NCBI GenBank assembly: GCA_963797555.1
Contig: CAWCPV010000017.1
Location: 1 to 64,000 of the forward strand
Direction of reading: 5' to 3'
Length of the DNA stretch: 64,000 nt
Source: an uncultured Gammaproteobacteria bacterium
Lineage (GTDB): Bacteria; Pseudomonadota; Gammaproteobacteria; CAWCPV01
Both the position numbers and the translations under genes were made by a program. The notes under the pieces were generated by a model. The model had not been told where the DNA came from, made no database searches, and was given only the letters and a program-made list of their open reading frames with translations. Positions 32,820 through 44,185 of this stretch are shown here, in pieces. How positions within the stretch are numbered: position 1 is the stretch's first letter; every line of letters begins with the position of its first letter.

Positions 32820-33833
32820 ATGTGCCCGCCGTACAGCGCAGAGGGCTCGGTTCCGCTCAGCGTCCGCTACCTCGATGCCGCCCAGGCCTCGCGTGCCCTG
32901 GAGGACGATCGGGCCATGACGGCGATCGGGTTCGGCGTGGACACTCGGGTCGATGCCCAGGATCCCCGTCGTCTCACCATCGGCCTGCCGGAGCTGGACG
33001 AGCGCGGCACCATCGAGGTCTGGCACAGCACGCAGCCGGTACAGGTCAGCGTTTCGGACGGCGTCTACTGCGTCGCCAACGAGGAGGTGCTGTTTGCGCA
33101 CCTGCTGGTGCGGGAAACCGATGCCGAGGATTTGGCTGCCGCGACCAGGTCAGCCTATGAGCGCCTGCTGGCCGCCATCCGGCACCAGGGATATCCGCAT
33201 CTGCTGCGGGTGTGGAATTATTTCCCGGACATCAACCGCGACGATCGCGGCCTCGATCGATACCAGAACTTTTGTCAGGGGCGCCACCGGGCGCTCATGC
33301 TCACGCTCGCGGATTTCGAGCCCAAGCTGCCCGCAGCCTCCGCGCTCGGCAACGTGGGACACGGGATGCTGATCTACGCGCTGGCATCCAGGACACCCGG
33401 CATCCAGGTCGAAAATCCACGCCAGGTGAGCGCATTTCGCTATCCGCCGCAGTACGGTCCCAAAAGCCCTTCGTTCTCGCGCGCGATGCTGAAAGACTGG
33501 GGGGCGGGCGGGTGGCATCTCTACATCTCCGGCACCGCGAGCATCCTCGGCCACGCCACCGTCCACGCTAACGACGTGCTCGCGCAGACGCAGGAAACGC
33601 TGCACAATCTCGAAGCGCTGGTGGAGACTGCGAATCGGCAAACGCAGGCTGCCCTGCGCATGTCGCTCCTCAAGGTCTATGTACGTGACCAGACCGATCC
33701 CGCGGTACTGCGCGAGCTGATAGCGGCACGCTTCGGGCGTGAGACGCCCACCCTGTTGCTGCAAGCTGACATCTGCCGCCGCGACCTGCTCGTGGAGATC
33801 GAGGGCATCGCGTTCGGCGGACACACGCGCTGA
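32820..33833 (+). CDS. FkbO/Hyg5-family chorismatase (XanB2-like)
   Basis: LRVWNYFPDIN, ENPRQVSAFRYPPQYGPKSPSFSRA, ISGTASI, CRRDLLVEIEG. Confidence 0.9.
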   Translation: MCPPYSAEGSVPLSVRYLDAAQASRALEDDRAMTAIGFGVDTRVDAQDPRRLTIGLPELDERGTIEVWHSTQPVQVSVSDGVYCVANEEVLFAHLLVRETDAEDLAAATRSAYERLLAAIRHQGYPHLLRVWNYFPDINRDDRGLDRYQNFCQGRHRALMLTLADFEPKLPAASALGNVGHGMLIYALASRTPGIQVENPRQVSAFRYPPQYGPKSPSFSRAMLKDWGAGGWHLYISGTASILGHATVHANDVLAQTQETLHNLEALVETANRQTQAALRMSLLKVYVRDQTDPAVLRELIAARFGRETPTLLLQADICRRDLLVEIEGIAFGGHTR

Positions 33834-33842
33834 GCTGCGATG

Positions 33843-35021
33843 TCAGTTGCCGCAGACCGCGCCGACGAAGAAGTGATCATAGACCTCGCGTATACGGTCC
33901 TGATCCGGGGTCACCTCAACATGCTCGAAGCCGGCGGCGCGAAAAGCCTGGCGCCATTGCTCCGAGGTGAGAAAGCCCGGATTCGGGCGATATTCCCGGT
34001 CGGTCGACGCGTGAGTGAATCCATCCAGCAGCTGGAATACCAGCTCGATATAGACAGGCTGGCCCGGAAACGGGCGCAAACACTCGCCTGCGATCAGCCA
34101 CCCTCCCGGCGCCAGGGTGGCCCGAGCCTCACTCAGGCTATAGTGGAGATCGCGCGCGATATGCAGGGTATTGACCGCATAGACGAGATCGAAGCTCGCT
34201 CTGCCCGCCCCCTGACTGTCCCACGGCTTGTCAATATCCAAGGCGAGAAACTCCAGAGGGATGTACCGGAAACGGGCCTTCAGATGTCGCTCGCAGCGCC
34301 TGCGTAGGAACGGGCTGGGCTCGGTGACCAGGTAACGCTCGATATGGCAGGGCGCACTGGTCTCGGTGAGCTGCTGCAGCAGGCTTTCCGAGGCGCTTCC
34401 CGTACCGGTGCCCAGCTCCAGGATGCGCAATGGCGGCCTGCCCGCAAGCCGCTTGGCCGCAGCCAGGGCGCCGACCGTGTTGTTGACAGCATACAGAGGG
34501 TTCGCGTTGTGGAAATAGGCCAGCCAGAGGGCGGCATTGCCTCCCCCGAAGATCGCGTCTTCCCCGCTCAGCTCGCCGCGGGCCACAGCGGGGTAAGCGG
34601 CTGCCGCGGCGTCCAGCAGGTCCAGCGTGGCAGCGTTCGTCGGATCGATGGCCAAACCGATGCCGCGCAGCCGCTCGAGGTCGAGCGGGGGCCATGGACC
34701 CTGCACCAGATACTCGCGCACCCCCTGCCGCTCTTGAACGGCGAGCAGACCGCTGTTGGCCGCCCGCTGCAGCAGCCATCGCAGAGCTGTCTCGAAGCTG
34801 GGAACGAAGCGGAGCGCTGCACACAGCTCCGCCGCCGAGCACCACCGACCGAGCTGCGCAGCCACACCCAAGCGCTGCAGCAAGTCGATCGCCAAATCAC
34901 GCCCGTAGTGCTCGGACAGCTCCACGCTTCTGTAAAGGCGGTCGTTGAACAGCCCTGGCGGATAGTCCGCCGTCAGCGAGGCGAGCCGAGGGTCGGGACG
35001 TAGCAACTCGTACTGGTGCAT
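33843..35021 (-). CDS. PKS-type SAM-dependent methyltransferase
   Basis: ILELGTGTG, FDLVYAVNTLH, LAPGGWL. Confidence 0.8.
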   Translation of the reverse strand: MHQYELLRPDPRLASLTADYPPGLFNDRLYRSVELSEHYGRDLAIDLLQRLGVAAQLGRWCSAAELCAALRFVPSFETALRWLLQRAANSGLLAVQERQGVREYLVQGPWPPLDLERLRGIGLAIDPTNAATLDLLDAAAAAYPAVARGELSGEDAIFGGGNAALWLAYFHNANPLYAVNNTVGALAAAKRLAGRPPLRILELGTGTGSASESLLQQLTETSAPCHIERYLVTEPSPFLRRRCERHLKARFRYIPLEFLALDIDKPWDSQGAGRASFDLVYAVNTLHIARDLHYSLSEARATLAPGGWLIAGECLRPFPGQPVYIELVFQLLDGFTHASTDREYRPNPGFLTSEQWRQAFRAAGFEHVEVTPDQDRIREVYDHFFVGAVCGN

Positions 35022-35066
35022 TAGATTCTCACATCTTGGTTCTCAGACAGAAGCTGTGCAACATTT

Positions 35067-35630
35067 TCATGCAGCTTTAGGTACTTGAATGACGTTGTCA
35101 ATAGAGTCATCGGCCTGGTGCAAAGCGGCTTCGATGGGGTTGTTGGGTTGAAACTTGGGATGCGGGCGATGATGAAAGAGGCTGTTCGCCAGGGGTCCGC
35201 ACAGACGCTGATGGAAGAGCACGAAGAGCAGTGCGACTTTCACGCCCTTGGGGGTGAGGCGGTAGGCGTAGTGTGTGCCGTCGCGTTCGAGGAGTCCGTG
35301 GGCTCTCATCTTACGCAGGTCATAGCGCAGTTGGTTAAGCCCGTAGCGTTGGGTGGACAGGGCGAAGTGGGCCCGGAGTGCCTCGTGGAGTGGCGGGCAC
35401 GCCAGCCCCCGACCAGGGTGCCTGCGTGCAGCAGCACTTCCATGAGGCGGATCATGCGGGTGTCGTGGATTTTGATGCCCGGATACTTGGTGGTGCTCAC
35501 GGCGATGGGCAGAGCGAGCCGCTGGAGCAGAGGGAAGTCAGCGTGCACGTTCAGACAACTGCGCCTGGAAGGCGGCAAAGCGGTCGGTGATCTCGAGAAA
35601 CTTCTCGCGCGCCGCGGGCAGATGATCGAG
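35067..35630 (-). pseudogene. C-terminal wHTH part of the same unclassified mobile-element protein family as 12565-13580
   Basis: PGIKIHDTRMIRLMEVL and KMRAHGLLERDGTHYAYRLTPKG; frameshifted and 5'-truncated. Confidence 0.6.
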
Positions 35631-36419
35631 GCGGTACGCTGTCTTGGGTGGATGCCTACAGCGGCGAGAACATCGCCTCCATCGGCTACCAAGTCGATAC
35701 CACGGATGAGGCCGCCCCGGCTCCGGCTGCGCTACTCAGTAGACGGCACGCGGCTTCAACTACGGGATCGGATGTTGCGGGCAGAGAGGCGCCTTTCCCT
35801 CGCTCAGAAGAGGGCCGCTCGGGTGCGTTACGGTTGCCCCTCCTTGGGTCAGCTACCACGCCTGTCCCGCTTTTCCCTCGGTTCTCACCATGGCGCGCTC
35901 GAGTCATCGTGCCCTCCCTTGGTAGCGTCAACACCTACGCCGGTGGCCAGCGACTGAGTGTATCCAATCCACTGCACAGCGCCCACTCCGGTCATGCTTG
36001 CACTCCCAGCAGCGCAGCCGGTTAGACATCCGCGGGTCCCCGGTTATCCTGCATCAGAATATCCTGAATCTCCTTCGACGCGTGGCCCGGTAGACAAGCC
36101 GCCGTGCATGCGGCAGCGCCTGCTGAGCATTACGTGCGGCCCTTCCGAAGCCGCTGCGTGGCCTTAGCCCGGCTTTAGCCCAGGATAGCGCGGCACCTGC
36201 CCCGCCCACAGTGGGCGTCGTGTACCGGCCTGCCATACCGCTTGGTACGCCTCCAGCAGCGCCCGGCGCACGTCTACCGGTAACGACCCAAGCAACATTC
36301 CGACAAACGAAGTCTTCACTGGCACGCCAGTGAGATTGGTGCTCGGTTTTCCCTTGTCACGCGCACGCGAACCGCGCGGGGAGTGCAAACCGGTACAAAC
36401 GTCGTTCGGTTGACGAACC

Positions 36420-36840
36420 TTAGCCAATGACCCAGACATCGGGGTGCCGGAGCAGACGCTCGGCCATCTCTCGCGGGACCCCGATCACCTGTCCTGGTGT
36501 CCACTCCAGTCCGGTGCCGCACACCGTGTCCCGCTTGACCGGCTTCTGGCCGATGTACTTGACGGGCACCCGCTGCGGGTCGGGCGCACCGCGGCGGCTG
36601 TCGTCGACCGGCGGGAGCGTCCCGGCGATGAGGGACTCGACCACCGCGGCACGCCGCGAAGCCCCACGTTCCCGCACCAGCTCATCCAGCCGCTCGACTA
36701 CCTCGGCTGGTAGATACAGCTCCACCCGCCGCAGCGAACTCTTCTCGCGCCAGCGGGCCTGGCGCTCGGCGTTGCTCCCGGTCGCTCTTGCCCTGTGTTC
36801 GGTCACGGTGCCAACGCGGGAAGTCACATCACTCACCGTG
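36420..36840 (-). CDS. Ribbon-helix-helix-like protein with a phage-like C-terminal domain
   Basis: SNAERQARWR, RVELYLPAEVVERLDELVRERGASR. Confidence 0.5.
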
Positions 36841-36897
36841 GTCACCTCGGAGCCGTGGGGAGTCCTGCATTGTATCAAGCCGCGTAATGTGGGGCTG

Positions 36898-37379
36898 TCA
36901 GCCCGCCTCCCGCACGTAATGCCTCCCACTCCCAAGGCGCCACCCTCTGTGCCCCTCCGGCAGACCCCACAGCCCCCCGCTTGGCGTCCCTGGCGTCCTT
37001 CTCCAGCCGGTACAGCTCCGGGTCATGGCAGTACCGCACATATACCCAGGCAGCCCCCTCTCTGACCATCTCTGCGTTCGCGTCCAGATCCCGGTAGTAC
37101 ACACCCGCCCCAGCAGGCGGCCGTAGCGGTCCCGACCGTGGTCCTCCACCCGCACCGTACGACCGAACACCAGGTTCGAGAGGGTCTGCTTCGAGCGGGT
37201 CCCATAGGCTGCTTCAACTCCGGTGCGTCTATGCACTCCAACCGGACCTTCAGCTCCCCGTCGTGGTACAGGATTCTGATGGTGTCGCCATCGTGGACGG
37301 AGGTCACCTTGCCGGTATAGTCCATGGCCGCAGCCAGGGCTGGCAGGGTCAGCAGAAAGGCCAGGATGACGTGTCGCAT
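36898..37379 (-). pseudogene. Secreted thermonuclease (SNase-like), frameshifted
   Basis: VHDGDTI, VRLECIDAPE, DRYGRLLG, NAEMVREGAAW. Confidence 0.85.
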
Positions 37380-37511
37380 GGTCGGGAACTTCGAAAGAGC
37401 CGCCCGCCTGCGGTGCGGGGTCGACTAGGCGGGAGGCACGTGGAGCACGCACCCCCTCCCTATTCCGCCGCCGTGGTTCTGAACTGCCACGCGAACGGGG
37501 TCGGGGCCTAC

Positions 37512-37742
37512 CTAAAACCCTCTCTGCAAGTCTTTCCACAGCGCCCCAGCGGCAGCGCCCACCGCACCCCCGATAGCGGCTCCTGCTGCTGGGTTTCCGC
37601 CGACCACTGCGCCGAGCGCCGCTCCAGCCCCCGCACCGATGGCACCCCCGCTGAGGGTACGCTGTTGCTGAGGCGTCATGTGCGCGCATCCGGCCGTGGC
37701 CGACAACAGCAAGATGATCATGACAGACGATGCCCGTTTCAC
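37512..37742 (-). CDS. Glycine-zipper lipoprotein
   Basis: TAGC lipobox, GAIGAGAGAALG repeats. Confidence 0.8.
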   Translation of the reverse strand: MKRASSVMIILLLSATAGCAHMTPQQQRTLSGGAIGAGAGAALGAVVGGNPAAGAAIGGAVGAAAGALWKDLQRGF

Positions 37743-37830
37743 CGATGGCTCCCTCCTACGTTGCCTCCTCGCTCACAGCATTGCACGACCGACCCCGGCC
37801 ATCTCCGTCCCTCCTAGCCGCCTTGGCAGG

Positions 37831-37863
37831 AAAACGGGGCCTCGGGCCATGCTCCGAAGCCCG
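37831..37863 (-). terminator. Possible intrinsic terminator after the phasin gene
   Basis: GGGCTTCGG...CCGAGGCCC stem followed by a short T run on the minus strand. Confidence 0.45.
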
Positions 37864-37904
37864 CCGATGTAAACGAGGAGAGTTCTAACGAACCCGCAAC
37901 GCGA

Positions 37905-38309
37905 TCAGCCGCTCGTAGCCTTAGCCGGAGCCTTTGCGGGGGCTTTGGCTGAAGCCGCGGGCGTCATGGCGCCCATTTGTTCTGTGAACAGCCGGCTCAC
38001 CTCGGACTGGTTCTCCAGGTAAATGTCGAGGAACTTGCCAGCGTGGGCCATCCACTTCTCACCGACTTGGGTAGCAAGGCGAGTCTGTGCCGTCCAAAGA
38101 TCCTCCGGTCGCTGGGCACTCGTGAGTGCCTCCAGGTGCCGGAGACCCAGGCCCAGCAGGTCGCTCCCCGCCGCCATCTGCTGCTGCGCCATGCGCTCCA
38201 CACTGCGCGCCCCTATCTGCTGAAGACGTGTCATGGACTCCACCACGACTGTGCCGGCCTTGGCGAACTGCTCCCACGGTAGGACTGTTTCAGTGTTCAT
38301 GATTGCCAC
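37905..38309 (-). CDS. Phasin-family protein
   Basis: Amphipathic helical 134-aa protein with Ala/Lys/Pro tail. Confidence 0.65.
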   Translation of the reverse strand: MAIMNTETVLPWEQFAKAGTVVVESMTRLQQIGARSVERMAQQQMAAGSDLLGLGLRHLEALTSAQRPEDLWTAQTRLATQVGEKWMAHAGKFLDIYLENQSEVSRLFTEQMGAMTPAASAKAPAKAPAKATSG

Positions 38310-38755
38310 TCCATTGTCTGGGGATGAGGGCTAGTGATAACAGTGGTATTGTGCGCTGCACAATAGAAACAGGCAAGCAGTGTTCCCCCTTCGCCGACGG
38401 GCAGTGCCTATGCCTACCTTACCAGTTGGGCATTGACGGCGCTTGACCCCGCCCGGACACCTTTGCCATAGTGCCTTTGAGGGGAAATCACACCACAAGG
38501 AGACCGAAGGAGCGGACCATGCACCACCTAGTCCAACAGTTTGGGGCTGCCGAGTCTGGCGCCGAGGCAAGGAATTCAATTCATCGAACCGCAGTGTACG
38601 TGACCCGATTAGACAGGCCCTTGAATGCTTGACGGCTCGACTCACGCCATGCTCATTCAGCGACCGGCTCCGCTTTTGGAGTCCCGGCACCCTAGAGTCG
38701 GTCGTTTGCGAAGGCCAGGACGATTGAACGGGCAACGAGGTCCGAGGAGGGATGA

Positions 38756-39854
38756 ATGGCTGCCAAACTGAGACCCCTATCGCGTGCGGAACTTCAGAAA
38801 CGTAAGGCACCGAAGGCAACAGGCGCAGAGCCGTCCGTGAAACCGGGTCATAGTGTGCGGAAGTTTTTTGTGACTGCGCCGACTAGCAAATCCATCTCGC
38901 CGCAGGTGAAGACAAGGCAAATTGACACCGCCGGCAAGGAGCCCCCCCTGTGGGAAGTCAGGCTCGAAGTGAATGGGGTCGTTGTCGAGCACCTGCCGGG
39001 GCAAAGCGTAGCACCGCGTCCCCGTCATTAGGCGTGAGAAGCAACGCACGGTGGCGACGGCTCAGCCAAGCCACCGCCCCCCTTGGGTTGACGTATCGTT
39101 CCAGCCAAAGGTTGCGCCCAGGCTCCAGCCTCCCAGAGTCAACTTGAAGGGGAGACGGGTAGATCCTTTGATCGTATTTCCGGACGACCGGCATCAGACT
39201 CTCTTCGACACGCACTGGCCGTGGCTCTTAGCGGGCAGGATCACGACCAGTGACGGGAATGGCGGTTCCGGCGTGCTCATCGGCGACAGGCTCGTCCTGA
39301 CCGCCCGTCACGTTGTGCCATGGAATAGCATTGCGGCGGGAAACTGGTGGATGAAGTTCGTACCCTACTACTTCGATGGTAGTGAGCCGTTCGGCCACTC
39401 GTACACGAGCGACGTTAAGATACTTACGACACGGATGACGACGAGTACAATATGTCGCACGACTACGCGGTCATGCGGTTGTATGAGCCTTTAGGCACTC
39501 AACTGGGGTATCTGGGATACGTAGCCCCGTTCGACGACGACTGGCGTAATCTGGATGTGTGGTTCAACGTCGCCTATCACCGAGACTTCTCTAGCTTCGA
39601 ACGTCCTGCCTGGCAGCGATATGCCATCGAGGACGATTACGAAGACGACGATGGCCAGCTTCTTGAGACCGAGGCCAGCTTGGAACACGGGTCGTCGGGG
39701 AGCCCGTTTTTCAGTTGGTTCACCGACGGACACGTCTACGTGGTCGGAGTAGTCGGGGGTGGGAACGTCCTTCAACGGGGACACCGACAACCGCCTCGCG
39801 GGTGGGGACAACATGGCCGATCTGATCGGATGGGCAAGGGCGAATTGGCCGTAA
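38756..39854 (+). pseudogene. Trypsin-like serine protease, frameshifted
   Basis: GSGVLIG..VLTARHV, HDYAV, GSSGSP triad motifs across frames. Confidence 0.78.
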
Positions 39855-39949
39855 CGCTCGCAGTTCCGACGGATCTTCCCCCAGCGTAGAGCCGGCGAAT
39901 GGGTCTAACAGACTGGGAACAAAGGACTTTAGCCAAACAGCAGGAGGTT

Positions 39950-42900
39950 TTGCCTGGCTACAAGGAGATCAAAAGGAGATCAAGGAGCGGTGAGTGTGAC
40001 TTGCAGGGCGGAGAGGATTTGTTGCTGGCGGGGATCGGGGCGGGGCAGGCCGACGATCTCCTGCTCACCGATTTGGTAGTGTTGTAGACACAATCGCGAC
40101 AGCGCCGTTACGGCGCTGTCGACGGTTTCGGCCTGGTCATTGTCGTGGGTAGTGCCAAAGGCGGCGTGCAGTCGTTGTTCCATCAAGCGCAGGACCTTGA
40201 GGCTGAGCATGGCGATAAAGACATGCCCGCGCGTTCTGGGGCTTTGCGCACAGAGATGGGTCTGACTTCCAAGAAGCCGGTCTTGAGTCGTCTGAAGTTG
40301 CGCTCCACGGTTTGCAGATCTTTGTAGCGATCATGGATCTCGTCTTTGGTGAGGTCAGCCGACGGCACATCACTTTCAATACAATAACAGCCGTCCAACA
40401 ACTCAGCGTCCTGTTTGGCTTGCGCATCGATTTGCAGTTCGAGGGTTCTACCGTTCAGTGTCAAGTGGACCCACCCGGCGATTTTATGGCGACGTGCCCA
40501 GCCCTGCAGGTTTTTCAATCCCGCCTCGGGCTTGGCTCGGGGCGACTGCGGAACGAAGCCATTGCGCTCTTCAATGAGCCCCCTCAACCGCTGCAGCTTA
40601 TCCTCGCGGCGATGACGCTCCTTGCGTTGGGTGGCCGGATCACAGCGAAGTACCAAGCGCTTTCCCTGGTGATGGACCTCCACCACATGCTCATCGAAGA
40701 GATCGGGCTGAAGGACGTCCTGTTTAATGAGTTTTCGGATCTGCGGGTCGGTGAGCGCCGTAATGTACTTCAGATGCGCTTGATTCAGGCGCTCCTTGCC
40801 TTGGGCCTTGATCATGCCCCGATTGCCCACTAGAACCACCTCTTTCACGTGGAAGCGCTCGGTGAGCTTCTCGACTTGAGAGCCGAGCGTCTGGGGGTCG
40901 GTGCGATTGCCTTCGAAGACCTCTACACTAAGCGGTTCGCCATCTTTGGCGGTGAGCAAGCCGATGACGATTTGCGGCTTGCCTTTCTTGCCGTGTAACT
41001 ATTCACCTACCCCAACCGCGGCATAGGCGGCGCCCCCTGGAAGGTCATGACCAAGGCATGGAAGAGGTCGGCGGATTGTTTGCGCAAGGTGGAGAGGTAA
41101 GAGCGGATGGTGGCGAATGCTGCAGCGCCCTCGGAGGAGCGAAAGCCTCCGGAGACCTTCTGTTTGACCTTGGGCATGCGCACATCGCGCTCAGCTTGGT
41201 TGTTATCGAAGGGGACGCGGAGATCCGTGAGAAAGCGCAAGGTATCGTCGCGGCGCTCGCGTAGGCGCCCGAGCAGATTGTAGGCGGGTGAGTGCTTGAT
41301 TCGCCCGCGGGTGCCGGTGCGCTGGGTGTTGCGGGGGTTGAGTGCCGCGCCTTGGGTGAGGATCGTGTCATAGCGCGCCTGAAACTGCTCCAGGGCGGGT
41401 GTGGGCAGGGCCGCGAGTCCCTGAGCGCGGGCTTGATCGGCGGCCTCTTTGGCCTGGCACAGGAGATCGATCATCGGTGCCGCCCAGCTCTGCTCGGGGA
41501 AGCCCTCGATGAGGCCGATCAACTCCCGCAGGGGATGAGCGTTGCAGAAGGCGTGCAGGCCCGGGTAGCAGTCGTAGGCACACCAGTGGTCATGGACCAG
41601 AATGCCGGTGTAGTGCGCCAGCAGACCGAAGGCATCCAGGGCGGCCTGGCCGCGCTTGGCAGGGACAAAGCAGGTGGTGAGCGTATCGGTGCTCAGAACA
41701 TGCAGCCAGTTGAGCTTGCCGTCGACGCGCACACCGGTCTCGTCGGCGTGGGCCACCGCGGCACGCGCGAGCGCTTGGCCGATGGTCGCTACCTGCGCCT
41801 GCACCCGCATGGCCGCAGACCTCACTGCGGCATGGATGGTAGCAGGAGAGATGGCGATGCCGGCCAGCTCATCGAGCAACGCAGCGGTGCGCTGGTAGGG
41901 CAGGAGCTGGTATTGGGTCAAGTGCACCGCAAGAGCATACACTCCCGGTCCATACTGCACCGCAGCGTCCATCCCCGGCGGAAACGCGCTACGGTGCACC
42001 TGGCCGCAGATGCACACCCCTTCGAGGATACGGTACTCGGTAACCTCACGGCGGATCACCCGTTCGGTCACTTGGCGTCGCTCGGGCAGCGCCGAGGCGA
42101 GGATCCCCGCACGGCAGCACCCGCAATCGCAGTGCCCAGTCAGCGGCAGGAACACGGTGCGGTCGGGTTCGTCCACCAGCCCCATCGTCGCGCCAGGATT
42201 GAACGGGGGATCCGATGACGGTGGTTTGCTGGAGTTGTGGCTGTCCTTGGCCAGTCGGGCCTCCAAGTCTTGGACCCGTTGCAGCAGTTGCGCCACCTGG
42301 GCGCGCAATGCGGCGTTCTCCGCACGCAGCCGCTCTAGCTCGCCGAACAGGGCGGCATCGAATGGGGTTGCACTCTGTTTCTCATGCATGCACTAAAGTG
42401 TCACGCATAATCAACTGTCCTGCAAGAGATACCTGAATAGTTACCTTGCCGTCGCGGTGATAGCCATAGGCCCCGAGCTCATTTTGCTCGCCTTCCAAGT
42501 AAGAGGAGCTGACATCGTATAACATCAGAGCCGGCGTCTCGCCCGTGCGGCGCACCGCGTCCTGATACAGTCGATCCTCGATGGCCTGCTGCTGTGAGGC
42601 CGCCCAATCCAACGCCTCATAGAGTGCGTTCTCATCGAAAGCGCTTAGCCCAAGCACGGCTTGCACCGCGTGATCGAGCGCCCAGCGGACAGTCGCGAGC
42701 CCTGATGCCCAATGCGCGCCAGCACCAAAAACAGCACCAGTTTCGCCATCCGGGAGTCGCCCAAAGACTCCTGTATTGCGCCCTGGCGGGCCAGCTCCCT
42801 CAGCACGAATAACAGCCCATAGATGGCGCCACAGATCGTTTCCTTGACCGCCATGGCCTGCCCTGCCAAGGCCTGGCGAATGTGCTCGATCACCTCCCTC

Positions 42901-43335
42901 GGTAGTTTGCTCAGATTCGCCAAAGTGCGCTTCTTGACCTTGCCCTGCTCGCGATAGGACTCGCGCAGCAGCACGGCGGGAGGCGATTGTCGATTGGGCA
43001 CGACGTCGATGTACATGGCCACGACTATTCCACATACTTACCAGCATGTCAATGTACTCACCTGACGATACCGACCACTTCCATGGGTACTTCACGATGT
43101 GCGAAACTACCCTGAAGCCCGCTCAGCCAGCAGCTTTCACGCCACTTCGCAGTGCGATCCTTGGGGGAAGATCCGTCCGAGGCCAAAGACGCTGCGCCAG
43201 CGCACCGAAAGTGCGCCCTTGACAACACCGGGACGCGTTACCAGACCTGCATCCGGAAGCGGGGGATAGAAAACGGGGGGTGTCACACCGGGCGCCGCGA
43301 CTTCAACTTGGCGGGAAAGCTTAAGAACCGGACTA
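39950..43335 (-). mobile_element. IS1634-family element, degraded and interrupted by IS66
   Basis: MYIDVVPNRQSPPAVLLRESYR, YDVSSSYLEG, VERNFRRLK; frame continuous across the IS66 target duplication. Confidence 0.88.
40995..42444 (-). mobile_element. IS66-family element, single transposase ORF 41007-42389
   Basis: GTAACTATTCA inverted ends, 8-bp target duplication CTTGCCGT; NSSKPPSSD, HADETG, DNNQAERDVR. Confidence 0.93.
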
Positions 43336-43377
43336 GACACCCCCTTGCCCGATTGGGCAAGCCCAGGCTGGTTTGTC

Positions 43378-43581
43378 CTACTTGGGCTGCGTGCGAGCGA
43401 GGCTCCACAGCCAGAAACTCAGGCCGCCCAAGATCACGAAGGCCACGGCGCTTGGCCACAGTGGCAGCAGATGACCAGCCACCAGCACTTGAGGGCGTAT
43501 GATGAGCCGCGCCAATTGCGCTATGGCTATTAACCCAAACAGAATGCTCGCCACTCGCACTCCGACGACTTGTGAGTTCAT
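43378..43581 (-). CDS. Small two-TM membrane protein
   Basis: AGGAGG RBS, two hydrophobic segments. Confidence 0.6.
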   Translation of the reverse strand: MNSQVVGVRVASILFGLIAIAQLARLIIRPQVLVAGHLLPLWPSAVAFVILGGLSFWLWSLARTQPK

Positions 43582-43734
43582 GACGTTGTCACCTCCTTGA
43601 TTTCGTCCTACTTCACCCTAGCCTGATACTCGCCTCACACTCACCTTCAGCCGCCCGCCGGGCAACGGAAAGCGCAATACCATCTACCGCCAACGGTGAG
43701 CAGCTCCCCGCCGATTGTGCCCACCACGGATCTG

Positions 43735-44185
43735 TCACTGCGGAAGCAGTTCCCGATAGTAGAACAGGACCTTGCTCGTGTACTCGGCGGTCGACCCTTG
43801 GTCATATTGGTCGGGGTCCCCGGTCATCCACCACGCAGCGGATCGCCTCACCGCGAGGGTCTCGTCGCGGGTGTGCTGTAGCTCCTTGTCAAGTTGCCTT
43901 GCCATGACACACTCAACGACGGCACGAGCCTCCGTTGCGTTCGCCGCGAACTCCTGTGGCGTCAGCTCCTTGCCAAGGCAGCGCCGGGACCAATCGGGGA
44001 TAATCGCCGCCTTGACCTTCCAGGCGCTGTAAAGATCTGCCTTATCGGTGCGCGGAGCCGCGAGCTTCAGAGCACCTGCAAGGGCTCGTGCGCGGGCATC
44101 CGTGCTTTGGTCGCTAGCCGGTACTAGTGCCGATGCCGCCCAAACCACGAGGGCAACCGTCAGCCAATGCCCGAAGGCGGCCATG
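43735..44185 (-). CDS. Secreted hypothetical protein
   Basis: Signal-like segment, AVRRSAAWWMTGDP motif. Confidence 0.55.
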
